A stretch of DNA of 57,861 bases, taken from the IMG/VR virus record IMGVR_UViG_3300014169_000007, positions 1-57,861 of that record; one strand, 5' to 3'. Under the pieces are notes generated by a model that was not told the origin of the DNA, ran no database searches, and saw nothing but the letters and a program-made list of their open reading frames with translations. The position numbers and the translations under genes are program-made. Positions 28,030 through 37,143 of the stretch are shown piece by piece. Origin of the DNA: a virus (taxonomy: Duplodnaviria; Caudoviricetes). Within the stretch, counting starts at the first letter, position 1, and each line of letters starts with the position of its first letter.

Positions 28030-30094
28030 TGACATACCCGAGTTAATCGATTACATTAAATCGAATGACGTCATAGCATTTGATACAGAGACTACTGGCG
28101 TGAAAAAAGCGGATAAAATCATAGGTTTTTCTGTTAGTGCACATGTCGATACTGGCTATTATGTCATTTTATCAAAGTGGGATGTGCCCACTCAAACGCT
28201 TATAGATTTAGAGACTAAAGCCAAAGCTACCGAAATAATATCATTATTAATCGGAAAACAACTCATCATGCACAACGCGGTATTTGATTGTGCAATGGTC
28301 GAGAATAACTTTAAGATAAAATTAATCGATTCTTTATACGCTGACACAATGATTTTAGGACATTTATTAAATGAAAATCGACAAAATGGTCTTAAAGAGT
28401 TGGGAACTGCCATATTCGGAGAAGATTCTAAGACTGAACAAGCAGCCATGCAGGCTAGCATACTTGCCAACGGCGGCGAGATGACTCGAGCTAACTACGA
28501 ACTCTATAAAGCTGACGCAGAATTAATTGGTAAATATGGAGCTAAAGACACGATCTTAACAATTAAGCTTTTTTATCATTTAATGGAACAGCTCTATGAA
28601 GAGGGATTAGATACCTTCTTTTTTGAAGAATCGATGCCCCTTGTAAAAGGGCCTACCTATGATTTAAATACAACAGGATTGAAAGTTGATACAGATAAGC
28701 TAGTAAAACTTAAAGGTACCTTAGAAGCCGAATGCCTAGAAGCTCAGGCTTTTATCGAAGCTGAAACAACTAAGTATACTAAGGAAAAGTTTAAGAAATT
28801 TAATCCATCAGCCGGTATGCAGTTGGCCTGGTTGCTATTCCATAAACTTGGCAATGAATTTGGGTCTCTTACCGATAGTGGTAAAGAAATATGTAATTAT
28901 TTAGATATAAAGATACCGTATTCGTCTAAAAATAAACGAGAATTTATCGCTGCCTGTCAAGAACACCGAGGGGAGATCTATAAAGAAGCTTCCGTACATC
29001 CGATTACAGGAAAAACCGTAAAGCCTAAAAAGATTGAAGATTATTGGAAATATACTAGAACTGACAAAACTAGTTTAAAGCTTTTTTCAGAGAAATATAA
29101 ATGGGTAGCAAAATTGTTAGAACTATCCAAAAACAAAAAGATTCTAAATACTTATGTAATTGGTATCGGTGAAAGACAACAATATGGAATTATTCATCCC
29201 AGCTTTTTACAACATGGAACTACCTCTGGTCGATACTCTAGTAAAAACCCTAACTTTCAAAACTTACCAAGAAACGATAAAAGAGTTAAGAGCTGTATTA
29301 TAGCTAGAGATGGAAAAGTATTTGTAGGGGCCGATTATGCACAGTTAGAACCGCGCGTATTTGCTTCAATCGCCGAAGATGACAATCTTATTAATTGTTT
29401 TTCGGAAGGTAAAGATTTTTATTCAGTTGTTGGAGCCCCAATTTTTGGTAAACACGGATTTAGTTTAGTTAAAGATGATCCTAACTCATTTGCAAAATCT
29501 TTTCCTCATTTACGAGATAAAGCCAAAGTTATTGCCTTAGCCACACCATACGGCCGTACTGCAAGTTTTACTGCTTCGGAAATGGGTGTTAAAAAAGACG
29601 AAGCACAAGAATTAATGAATAAGTATTTTGAAGCTTATCCTAGAGTTGAGTTAATGATGCTCATAAGTCATGAAATGGCCAAATCCGATGGTGTTGTAAG
29701 GAATCTGTTCGGCCGACCTAGACGAATACCAGAGGCTACTAAAATTGTTGCTAGATACGGGCACAATCTACACAAAGATCTACCGTATGAGGCTAGAACC
29801 TTGCTAAATTTAGCAATGAACCATAGAATCCAGAGTACCGGGGCATCGATTATGAATAGAGCCGCGATTGCTTGCCATAATACATGTAAGGAACTATCGA
29901 AAACTGATAGTAGATGGTCCGAAGTTAAGATTGTTATGCAAATACATGACGAAATGATTTTAGAAGGTCCTGACGCATTGGCAGAAGAAATGACCGCCGT
30001 TCTAAAGGATTCGATGGAGAATACGGTCAAGTTACCTAGGGTGGCACTAATAGCTGAACCTAAAGTCGCTAAGAATTTAGCAGAGCTAAAATAG
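27998..30094 (+). CDS. polA: Family A DNA polymerase with 3'-5' exonuclease
   Basis: FDTETTG, HNAVFD, TTSGRYSS..PNFQNLP, motif A ADYAQLEPR, motif B RDKAKVIALATPYG, motif C QIHDE. GGAGG SD. Confidence 0.95.
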   Translation: MEKLKVIKTLSDIPELIDYIKSNDVIAFDTETTGVKKADKIIGFSVSAHVDTGYYVILSKWDVPTQTLIDLETKAKATEIISLLIGKQLIMHNAVFDCAMVENNFKIKLIDSLYADTMILGHLLNENRQNGLKELGTAIFGEDSKTEQAAMQASILANGGEMTRANYELYKADAELIGKYGAKDTILTIKLFYHLMEQLYEEGLDTFFFEESMPLVKGPTYDLNTTGLKVDTDKLVKLKGTLEAECLEAQAFIEAETTKYTKEKFKKFNPSAGMQLAWLLFHKLGNEFGSLTDSGKEICNYLDIKIPYSSKNKREFIAACQEHRGEIYKEASVHPITGKTVKPKKIEDYWKYTRTDKTSLKLFSEKYKWVAKLLELSKNKKILNTYVIGIGERQQYGIIHPSFLQHGTTSGRYSSKNPNFQNLPRNDKRVKSCIIARDGKVFVGADYAQLEPRVFASIAEDDNLINCFSEGKDFYSVVGAPIFGKHGFSLVKDDPNSFAKSFPHLRDKAKVIALATPYGRTASFTASEMGVKKDEAQELMNKYFEAYPRVELMMLISHEMAKSDGVVRNLFGRPRRIPEATKIVARYGHNLHKDLPYEARTLLNLAMNHRIQSTGASIMNRAAIACHNTCKELSKTDSRWSEVKIVMQIHDEMILEGPDALAEEMTAVLKDSMENTVKLPRVALIAEPKVAKNLAELK

Positions 30095-30123
30095 TTGACA
30101 ATAATACTCCGATTTGATAGTCT
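30095..30123 (+). promoter_or_regulatory. Sigma70 promoter, leaderless geometry
   Basis: TTGACA-17-TAGTCT (TGn-extended), 6 nt to ATG 30130. Confidence 0.7.
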
Positions 30124-30129
30124 TTAAAT

Positions 30130-30240
30130 ATGAATGGATATTATATAAAAGGTAAAACAGTTACGGTTACTACAATGATTTCAGTTTATACGTTAGTCAT
30201 GTTAAAGGATTTAGGCTATCATGTGCGATTTCTGTGTTAA
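30130..30240 (+). CDS. Small protein (36 aa, absent from the ORF track)
   Basis: MNGYYIKGKTVTVTTMISVYTLVMLKDLGYHVRFLC*, starting at the predicted +1. Confidence 0.55.
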   Translation: MNGYYIKGKTVTVTTMISVYTLVMLKDLGYHVRFLC

Positions 30241-30294
30241 ATAATTATTGACAATTAAAGACCTATGTGTCATCTTATAAGCAGGAGATGACAC

Positions 30295-30603
30295 ATGTCT
30301 GAACGAAAATTACCTGTAGGAATGACCGAATTCGATCAATTAATCGTTGATCTTAAAGCTCAATTTGAGCTACCAACCAGTGATGAAGCTTCGCTGAAGT
30401 TTGCGATTGCTTCCATCATTATGCATTTAGGACCAGATGATTCACATAAATCCTTAGAGTTCTTTTATAAACGCCTTGTTGCCGGAGCCTCAAAGCAAGT
30501 AGCTCATACAGTTTTCCAAGAAGTTAAGAAAGCACAAGAAGAGAAGCTAGCCGCAGAAAAAGCAGCAGCAGAAGCCGCCAAAAATGAACCACAACAGCAA
30601 TAA
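30295..30603 (+). CDS. Hypothetical protein
   Basis: AGGAG SD; RBS sits inside an 11-bp hairpin. Confidence 0.65.
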   Translation: MSERKLPVGMTEFDQLIVDLKAQFELPTSDEASLKFAIASIIMHLGPDDSHKSLEFFYKRLVAGASKQVAHTVFQEVKKAQEEKLAAEKAAAEAAKNEPQQQ

Positions 30604-31021
30604 GTTTAAGAAACTGCAAGATAAATGGTACAAGAAGTTAGATAAGTCTGGTTTTGAAGATATTGAAAGACGTGATGGACGCATTAAACGTGAAACCATT
30701 CACGAGTTAAATAAGTTGCTTTATTCTACAAAGCACACTAACAAGAGTTCGAAATCCGATGAATTAAATACTCAAACAACTATAGAAAAGTTTGAGGACA
30801 AAAGAACTTACTTTACTTTAGCTGAGCATTTCTTACACGAGCACACTTTTGCTGATGAACTTGAAAAAACCATATGGAGTTTTCATGTCGAAGGATACAG
30901 CGCTAGGGAAACAGTTAAAGAGCTTAAAGCCAGGGGTATAAAAATCTCTAGGACGCCAACTTTATTAAAGTTACAAAGTGTGCGTCAGAAGATGTTAGAT
31001 AAGTATGTCAAACACTATTAA
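30584..31021 (+). CDS. Sigma70 region-4-like HTH protein, candidate late transcription factor
   Basis: C-terminal ELEKTIWSFHVEGYSARETVKEL...ISRT...L..VRQKM resembles ECF sigma4/LuxR-type HTH; located between replication and packaging genes. Confidence 0.5.
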   Translation: MNHNSNKFKKLQDKWYKKLDKSGFEDIERRDGRIKRETIHELNKLLYSTKHTNKSSKSDELNTQTTIEKFEDKRTYFTLAEHFLHEHTFADELEKTIWSFHVEGYSARETVKELKARGIKISRTPTLLKLQSVRQKMLDKYVKHY

Positions 31022-31421
31022 TAAGTCTGAGTTAATAACAATTCGCGAAATTATGCCAGATGATACTAACTTCATCTATGCTAGTTGGCTGCGCGGGTTA
31101 TATTATGGTGATAGTTGGTTAAGCGACGTGCCGAAATCAGTATTTATGGATCATTATCACAAAGTCATTGCCTTTATTCTTAGCAAACCAACCACCGTGG
31201 TGAAAGTTGCTTGCTTAAAAGATGACCCCAGTGTTATACTTGGTTATGCCGTAATGTCCGATGTAGCAGTACATTGGATATTCGTTAAGAAGAATTGGAG
31301 AGGAATTAGGTTAGCTAAAGATCTAATACCTAGCCATTTAAACACAGCCACACATTCCACTAAGGTCGGTATGGCTATTATAAAACATAAGGGATGGATC
31401 TATAATCCGTTTCTTGTTTAA
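31005..31421 (+). CDS. GNAT-family acetyltransferase
   Basis: ITIRE...D..FI, ILGYA, and HWIFVKKNWRGIRLAKDL acetyl-CoA-binding motif. Confidence 0.7.
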   Translation: MSNTINKSELITIREIMPDDTNFIYASWLRGLYYGDSWLSDVPKSVFMDHYHKVIAFILSKPTTVVKVACLKDDPSVILGYAVMSDVAVHWIFVKKNWRGIRLAKDLIPSHLNTATHSTKVGMAIIKHKGWIYNPFLV

Positions 31422-31431
31422 GGAGAATAAA

Positions 31432-31620
31432 ATGGAAAGAACTATGGACGTTATCACTAAAGAATACAGTGATGTATGTGCTAAAGCCGGACATATCCAA
31501 TACCAGGTTGGAGTTTTGTCGAATGAGTTAGCCACATTAAATGATAAGCTTAAAGAATTAAACTTAGAAGCAGCTGCGCTTTCGAAACCATCAGTGGTGT
31601 CAGATGAGCAGAAAAGTTAA
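31432..31620 (+). CDS. Small coiled-coil protein
   Basis: AAGGAG SD before ATG 31432. Confidence 0.6.
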   Translation: MERTMDVITKEYSDVCAKAGHIQYQVGVLSNELATLNDKLKELNLEAAALSKPSVVSDEQKS

Positions 31621-31858
31621 TTACGCTCGGTTACACACTGCGGCACACATACCATCCGTTGGTGACCTAGGCCTAGTGTTACCCCCAACAGGTAAAACAT
31701 TAGATGGTCTGATTATGATACGAGATGGCGATGAGCTACTTCTTAGTTTTATGCTAAAAGGTATGGAAGTAACTGCGGCTATACCCAAAACAAACGTATC
31801 GATAATGGTATTTGCTCCTGAAACCACAAAACCAGCATTGAAGGTAGCTAAAGGATAA
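31604..31858 (+). CDS. Hypothetical protein
   Basis: 84 aa ORF in the operon. Confidence 0.55.
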   Translation: MSRKVNYARLHTAAHIPSVGDLGLVLPPTGKTLDGLIMIRDGDELLLSFMLKGMEVTAAIPKTNVSIMVFAPETTKPALKVAKG

Positions 31859-31860
31859 AT

Positions 31861-32151
31861 ATGGTCCTCCCTCGTGAAACAGAAGTTAAGAAAAGTTATG
31901 TAAAGATTATACCTGAGAGTCCTCCGATGATTTCCATCGATGACTCCATAAAAGACTGCTTAATCTGTGTTAAGAGGATCGTAGACCAAATTACTTTTGT
32001 TACGACAAAGAATGAAATTCCTGATAGAGAGACAGTCCAAACACTGAAAGATTGTCTCTCTATGCTTTTTGAATCAAAGAAGAAAGAACAAGACTTCTTA
32101 GACTCATTAACCGAGGAACAACTGCTGAAGTTAGCTAGGAAACGTAAATGA
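31861..32151 (+). CDS. Hypothetical protein, terminase small subunit candidate
   Basis: Helical 96 aa, ATGA-coupled to TerL; call is positional only. Confidence 0.4.
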   Translation: MVLPRETEVKKSYVKIIPESPPMISIDDSIKDCLICVKRIVDQITFVTTKNEIPDRETVQTLKDCLSMLFESKKKEQDFLDSLTEEQLLKLARKRK

Positions 32152-33599
32152 GTTTAGCATCTAAGAAAGGGATTGCAAAAGCATTACTTAAAATCAGTAA
32201 GACTAAAGGAAGAAACTTTAATTTAAAAGAATATCTGTTTCCTGAGCAATACGCCTTCATATCGGATCCATCGCCAAATAAACTAGCCGTATGTTCCCGA
32301 CGCTCCGGTAAAACTATAGCTTGTGCCGCCGACCTCGTAAATACAGCTCTACTAACCCCCGGTGTAGTATGCCTCTATATCACCTTAAGTAGAAACAATG
32401 CTAAAAAGATTATATGGAGAGAGATTAAGAAGATTAATAGAGACTACGATTTAAAGGGTAAAGAGAATTCATCTGAATTATCTGTAACATTTCCTAACCA
32501 ATCGATAATTTACCTATCTGGAGCAAAAGATACCAATGAAATTGAGAAGTTCCGAGGTCTAGCTCTTAAACTAGTGTATATCGATGAAGCTCAATCCTTT
32601 CGTGAATACATCAAAGAACTTATAAACGACGTGTTAGCACCAGCCCTCCTCGACCACGCCGGTACCTTAGTCTTGATTGGTACGCCTAGCGCTATTCCAA
32701 CAGGTTATTTCCATGATTGTGCCCAAGAGGGTTCTAATTGGAGTAAACATAGGTGGACTTTTTTTAATAATCCATTCTTATTAGCTAAGTCAAAAATGAC
32801 ACATAAACAGATGTTAGACCGAGAATTAGCAAGACGCGGTGTTCTTCTTACCGACCCGTCAATTCAACGAGAGTATTTTGGTAAGTGGGTCACAGATAGT
32901 GATTCGTTATTAATTAAGTATAACGAGAAACTTAATGATTATGTAGACTTACCGGCCCTTAAACCACCTGCCAAGTGGAACTACATCATGGGTATCGATT
33001 TAGGGTTTGATGATGCCGATGCTATAGCTATTATAGGATGGTCTGAAGCTGATCCGGGAACGTACTTAATTGAAGAAAAGGTCGTCCCACAACAAGGTTT
33101 AACTGAATTAGTTGAGCAAATTCAAGCATATCAAAAGAAATATGATATAGCCAAAATGGTCATCGACCAAGGTGGTTTAGGTAAGAAACTAGCAGAAGAA
33201 ATGCGACGCCGCCACCAGATACCAGTTGAACCAGCAGATAAAGCTAGAAAGATTGAGAATATAGCTTTCTTAAATGACACCCTACGTACTAGCAGATTTA
33301 AAGCTAAGAAAACCTCTAAGTTCGCTCAAGACGCCTATCTAGTTGAAATTGATCAGGATAAATCAACAGCCGATAAGATTAAAGTATCAGATAAATACCA
33401 CTCAGATATCATCGATGCGGTACTGTATGCTTTTCGTGAATCCCCAGCTTTTACGTTCCAAAAAGAACCTGAAAAACCTAAATATGGCAGCAAAGCGTGG
33501 GCTAAGCAACAAGAGGCGGATATGTTTGATAACGCCCTAGAACACTTTCAAGAGCAGTCAGATAATGCCGAATGGTGGAAAAATCTATCAAATACCTAA
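32148..33599 (+). CDS. terL: Terminase large subunit
   Basis: SRRSGKT Walker A, YIDEAQ Walker B, IGTP motif III, GIDLGFDD and HSDIIDAVLY nuclease acidic residues. Confidence 0.93.
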   Translation: MSLASKKGIAKALLKISKTKGRNFNLKEYLFPEQYAFISDPSPNKLAVCSRRSGKTIACAADLVNTALLTPGVVCLYITLSRNNAKKIIWREIKKINRDYDLKGKENSSELSVTFPNQSIIYLSGAKDTNEIEKFRGLALKLVYIDEAQSFREYIKELINDVLAPALLDHAGTLVLIGTPSAIPTGYFHDCAQEGSNWSKHRWTFFNNPFLLAKSKMTHKQMLDRELARRGVLLTDPSIQREYFGKWVTDSDSLLIKYNEKLNDYVDLPALKPPAKWNYIMGIDLGFDDADAIAIIGWSEADPGTYLIEEKVVPQQGLTELVEQIQAYQKKYDIAKMVIDQGGLGKKLAEEMRRRHQIPVEPADKARKIENIAFLNDTLRTSRFKAKKTSKFAQDAYLVEIDQDKSTADKIKVSDKYHSDIIDAVLYAFRESPAFTFQKEPEKPKYGSKAWAKQQEADMFDNALEHFQEQSDNAEWWKNLSNT

Positions 33600-33635
33600 A
33601 AATACATCAAATTCTGTTTAATTTGATTAAATTTA

Positions 33636-33654
33636 GGTCATTCCGCTAAAGTTA
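33636..33654 (+). promoter_or_regulatory. Putative phage late promoter (copy 1)
   Basis: GGTCATTCCGCTAAAGTTA, intergenic, upstream of the head module. Confidence 0.7.
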
Positions 33655-33699
33655 GGAGTCCTACAGGACTTCATGTCATAAAGAAAGTAGGGTAGAATT

Positions 33700-33930
33700 T
33701 TGCTGCCATTTTTGAAACAAAAGCAAGCCAAAGACGCCGGTGTTATAACCCAGTTAAGATCTCCCGATGAAGGACCGGAACAAGACGCGTCGTCCGGCCT
33801 TGAAATGGCTATGCAAGATTTCTCTAGAGCCTCCGATGCTAAAGATTTTAAAGGAATGGCTGCAGCTTTTAAAGCTGCATTTGACATCCTTGAATCAGAA
33901 CCCCATGATGAAATTTCACACGAAGAATAA
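33700..33930 (+). CDS. Hypothetical head-module protein
   Basis: 76 aa, TTG start, first ORF after the late motif. Confidence 0.6.
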   Translation: MLPFLKQKQAKDAGVITQLRSPDEGPEQDASSGLEMAMQDFSRASDAKDFKGMAAAFKAAFDILESEPHDEISHEE

Positions 33931-33943
33931 AGGATAAAATACC

Positions 33944-34870
33944 ATGCCCCTAATCAAACGCACTTCTAAAAAAGCCCTGAGTAAGAACATTGAAACAGAA
34001 ATGCATGCCGGAAAACCACAAAAGCAGGCTCTAGCTATCGCTTTCAATACTCAACGTCAGGCTCGAAAGAAAATGGCCTTTGGCGGTGAATTCATGGGTA
34101 AAAAAGACTCACAACCATCCCAACCATCCCCCCAACCATCCCCCGGACCGTCCGACGACAAGTCTAATACAGAAACTGCAATGGATTCTATTAGGAAAGC
34201 ATTTGGACCTAAAAAAGCCAAAGGCGATATGATGTATGCGGAAGGCGGAGAAATACGAGCTGGCTCAAGACGCCCTAGTGCGGACGATGAAGACGAACGT
34301 GAAATGGCTATGATGGAAGGTGCTTCATCTGAACACGGACCAGAACTAGATGCTCGGGATGAATCCATGTCTGGTATCGACGGCGCTCGAGACGAACGCG
34401 AAATGGATATGATGGCAAGTGGTGGAGAAATCAACTTTAAAGATGAACACATGACCAATATCGATGATGCAGCAGATGAACGAGATGAGCATATGCTCGA
34501 ATCTGCTCCTACTAGCCATGCTCCAGAAAAACGCGCTGGAACTAAAATGGTCACTGAAGATTCTAGAGATGATATGGAACTCTCTATGATGCATCTTGCT
34601 AAAGGCGGTATTGCTGATCGAATCCGAGCAAAACAAAAGATGATGGCCGAAGGCGGGGAAGTTGATCTTCAAGATAATAGCGATGAACATTTAAATGAAG
34701 AAGATCAATTAAGTTATAAAGCTGCACGTAAAAAGACTTATTATGATGATAGTCAAATTTCTCGTCAACCTATGGATTCAAATGAACATGGTGACGAACT
34801 TTCTGATGAGGACTCACACGATATGGTCTCCTCTATCCGAAAGAAGATGAAGTATAAACAACGAAGTTAA
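33944..34870 (+). CDS. Acidic, disordered protein with five AxGG motifs (putative internal head protein)
   Basis: N-terminal MPL.K..SKKA.S.NI.TE..AGKPQKQA.AIA segment; MAFGG, YAEGG, MASGG, LAKGG, MAEGG. Confidence 0.6.
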   Translation: MPLIKRTSKKALSKNIETEMHAGKPQKQALAIAFNTQRQARKKMAFGGEFMGKKDSQPSQPSPQPSPGPSDDKSNTETAMDSIRKAFGPKKAKGDMMYAEGGEIRAGSRRPSADDEDEREMAMMEGASSEHGPELDARDESMSGIDGARDEREMDMMASGGEINFKDEHMTNIDDAADERDEHMLESAPTSHAPEKRAGTKMVTEDSRDDMELSMMHLAKGGIADRIRAKQKMMAEGGEVDLQDNSDEHLNEEDQLSYKAARKKTYYDDSQISRQPMDSNEHGDELSDEDSHDMVSSIRKKMKYKQRS

Positions 34871-34881
34871 TTGAGGGGATT

Positions 34882-35124
34882 ATGAACCCTAAAGAACTCA
34901 AAAAGCTTGCCGATGCCTGCCGAAAAGCTGGTATTAAGCACTTTAAGAACGCCGAGTATGAGTTTACATTAGCTGATGATGCCCCAGTTTCAAACTATAA
35001 GAAACGAAATGCACCGCAGTTAACTGGACCAGTAGTAGATCCTGGTCTCTCCACTCAACAACTGACAGAAGAAGAAATGCTTTTTTGGTCTGTTGGCGGA
35101 GCTGCTGAAAGTACGGAACAATAA
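34882..35124 (+). CDS. Hypothetical protein upstream of the portal
   Basis: GAGGGG SD; 80 aa. Confidence 0.6.
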   Translation: MNPKELKKLADACRKAGIKHFKNAEYEFTLADDAPVSNYKKRNAPQLTGPVVDPGLSTQQLTEEEMLFWSVGGAAESTEQ

Positions 35125-35126
35125 CA

Positions 35127-37019
35127 ATGAAGGTTTCAAAAGTTACTCCTAAGAATACCGTTACGTTTAGTACGAAAGACCCCAATTCACAGCTTAAGGG
35201 CGTTTTTAAATGGTGGACGGCGAAAAATGATAGAGAACTGACTAACCAAGTTCTTTCTACCGCGGCTTATCTTAAAGAGAGTCAACAGTATCTTCAACGA
35301 CAAACAGCTATTTATGCTAGGCTCTATGGAAATATGAGCTTATTCAGTTTTATTGGTTCAAATACCACTAAGATGGATCAACAGACGGGTTTACCAGCTG
35401 ATAGGCCTACTTTTAATTTAGTTCAATCCTGTATTGATACATTAGTTTCCAGACTCAGTCAAAACCGACCGGCTCCTGTATTTTTGACAGATGCCGGTGA
35501 TTATAAAGAACGTAGATTAGCTAAACAATTAAATAATTTTATCTTAGGTGAATTCTATCAAACTAAAGCTTACGATAAAGCTGCCATTGCTTTACGAGAC
35601 GCATGTGTTACCGGAACCGGTATTCTTAAAGTTTATGAAACTGCAGATAATAAAGTAGCCCTCGACAGAGTTTTACGTACCGAATTACTAATAGATTCCA
35701 ATGACGGCATCTATGGTGAACCTAGACAAATCTTTCAAATGAAATTAGTTGATAGAGATGTATTAAAGGACATCACCGGGTCTAAACAGATAGTTGAGGA
35801 TGCCGCAACCGCATATCCTGATAACTCCGCAGAATCATCAAAAACAGTTACCGATCAAGTAATGATTGTTGAATCTTGGCATTTACCTAGCAGCCCAGGC
35901 GCTAAAGATGGACGTCATGTTATAGCTTGTAGTTCTGGCATACTTCTTGATGAAAAGTACACAAAGGATAAATTCCCATTCGTATTTATACAATACTCCC
36001 CACGTTTACTAGGTTTCTGGGGGCAAGGTTTATCTGAGCAATTAATGGGAACACAGATAGAAATCAATTCCTTATTATTCACTATCTCTAGAGCAATTAA
36101 GTTAGTTGGTGTCCCTAGAGTATTCGTCGAAGCAGGCTCTAAAGTTTCTAAAGCAGCTTTTAATAACGACGTCGGCGCTATCATTGAATACCGAGGTATT
36201 AAACCTTCGTATGAAGTAGCACCCGCCGTACCACAGGAGTTATATGCACAATTGCAACGACTCATCGACTACGGATACCAGCAATCTGGCGTGTCTGCAA
36301 TGCAGGCGTCAAGCCAAAAGCCAGCAGGTCTTAACTCCGGGGAAGCCATCCGATCTTACGATGATATCTCGACAGACCGAATGGCTGCGCTCTCAAAACG
36401 ATACGATAACATCTTTGTCGAACTTGCTTACGCGATTACTGACCTTGCTAAAGACATTGCAGAACGAACCGGCAGTTATCAAACAGTTTACCCCAACAAA
36501 GACGGAACCAAAGAAATAGACCTACCAGAGGTTAAGATGTTAGAAGACCCATTTGTTATTCAAGTCTTTAATCAATCTAGTTTACCGAAAGATCCTTCTG
36601 GCAGAATGCAAAAGATAACGGAAATGATCCAAGCTGGTATGATTACTATTAAAGAAGGCCGTAGACTTTTGGATTATCCAGACTTAGATCAAGTAGAAAA
36701 GCTTGCCAATGCATCAGAAGAGCGCATTTATCAGATTTTAGACAAGATCGTTGAAGACGGTGATTATACACCGCCTGATCCTTTCATGGATTTACAACTT
36801 GCAACTGAGTTAGTTGTACAATATTACAACCTATATAGTTCTGCACGCTTAGAAGAAGACAAATGTCAGATGTTAAGAGATTTCTTCTCTCAAGTTCAAA
36901 CGATGACACAAGCTGGCCAACCTGCTCCACAGCCACCCACCGGCGCACCAGCGGCATCACCTCAGACCCTACCTCAGTCACCCCTAGTACCAAATGGTAA
37001 CCCCGGCGGCGCACAATAA
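35127..37019 (+). CDS. Portal protein
   Basis: 630 aa between TerL and scaffold/capsid; FNLVQS.IDTL.SR, FPFV...GQGL.E.L...Q.EIN segments and a P/Q-rich tail typical of podovirus portals. Confidence 0.8.
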   Translation: MKVSKVTPKNTVTFSTKDPNSQLKGVFKWWTAKNDRELTNQVLSTAAYLKESQQYLQRQTAIYARLYGNMSLFSFIGSNTTKMDQQTGLPADRPTFNLVQSCIDTLVSRLSQNRPAPVFLTDAGDYKERRLAKQLNNFILGEFYQTKAYDKAAIALRDACVTGTGILKVYETADNKVALDRVLRTELLIDSNDGIYGEPRQIFQMKLVDRDVLKDITGSKQIVEDAATAYPDNSAESSKTVTDQVMIVESWHLPSSPGAKDGRHVIACSSGILLDEKYTKDKFPFVFIQYSPRLLGFWGQGLSEQLMGTQIEINSLLFTISRAIKLVGVPRVFVEAGSKVSKAAFNNDVGAIIEYRGIKPSYEVAPAVPQELYAQLQRLIDYGYQQSGVSAMQASSQKPAGLNSGEAIRSYDDISTDRMAALSKRYDNIFVELAYAITDLAKDIAERTGSYQTVYPNKDGTKEIDLPEVKMLEDPFVIQVFNQSSLPKDPSGRMQKITEMIQAGMITIKEGRRLLDYPDLDQVEKLANASEERIYQILDKIVEDGDYTPPDPFMDLQLATELVVQYYNLYSSARLEEDKCQMLRDFFSQVQTMTQAGQPAPQPPTGAPAASPQTLPQSPLVPNGNPGGAQ

Positions 37020-37143
37020 GTTTTAGAGCTAGCACAGCTCTTTAATTAAGAAGCAACAACAAAACCGATGTCACAAAAGTAATATGTTTTTGTGACATAT
37101 AAAGCAATGAAATTGTAATCAATTTGATTACTTAGGAGATACC

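Noticed and set aside
33636-33649. Sigma54 promoter reading of the late motif
   Set aside because: GG-to-GC spacing is 7 nt rather than 10, and the TGGCAC/TTGC context is absent.
37068-37098. CRP or FNR binding site
   Set aside because: TCACA/TGTGA half-sites are in the wrong order and spacing; better explained as an RNA hairpin.
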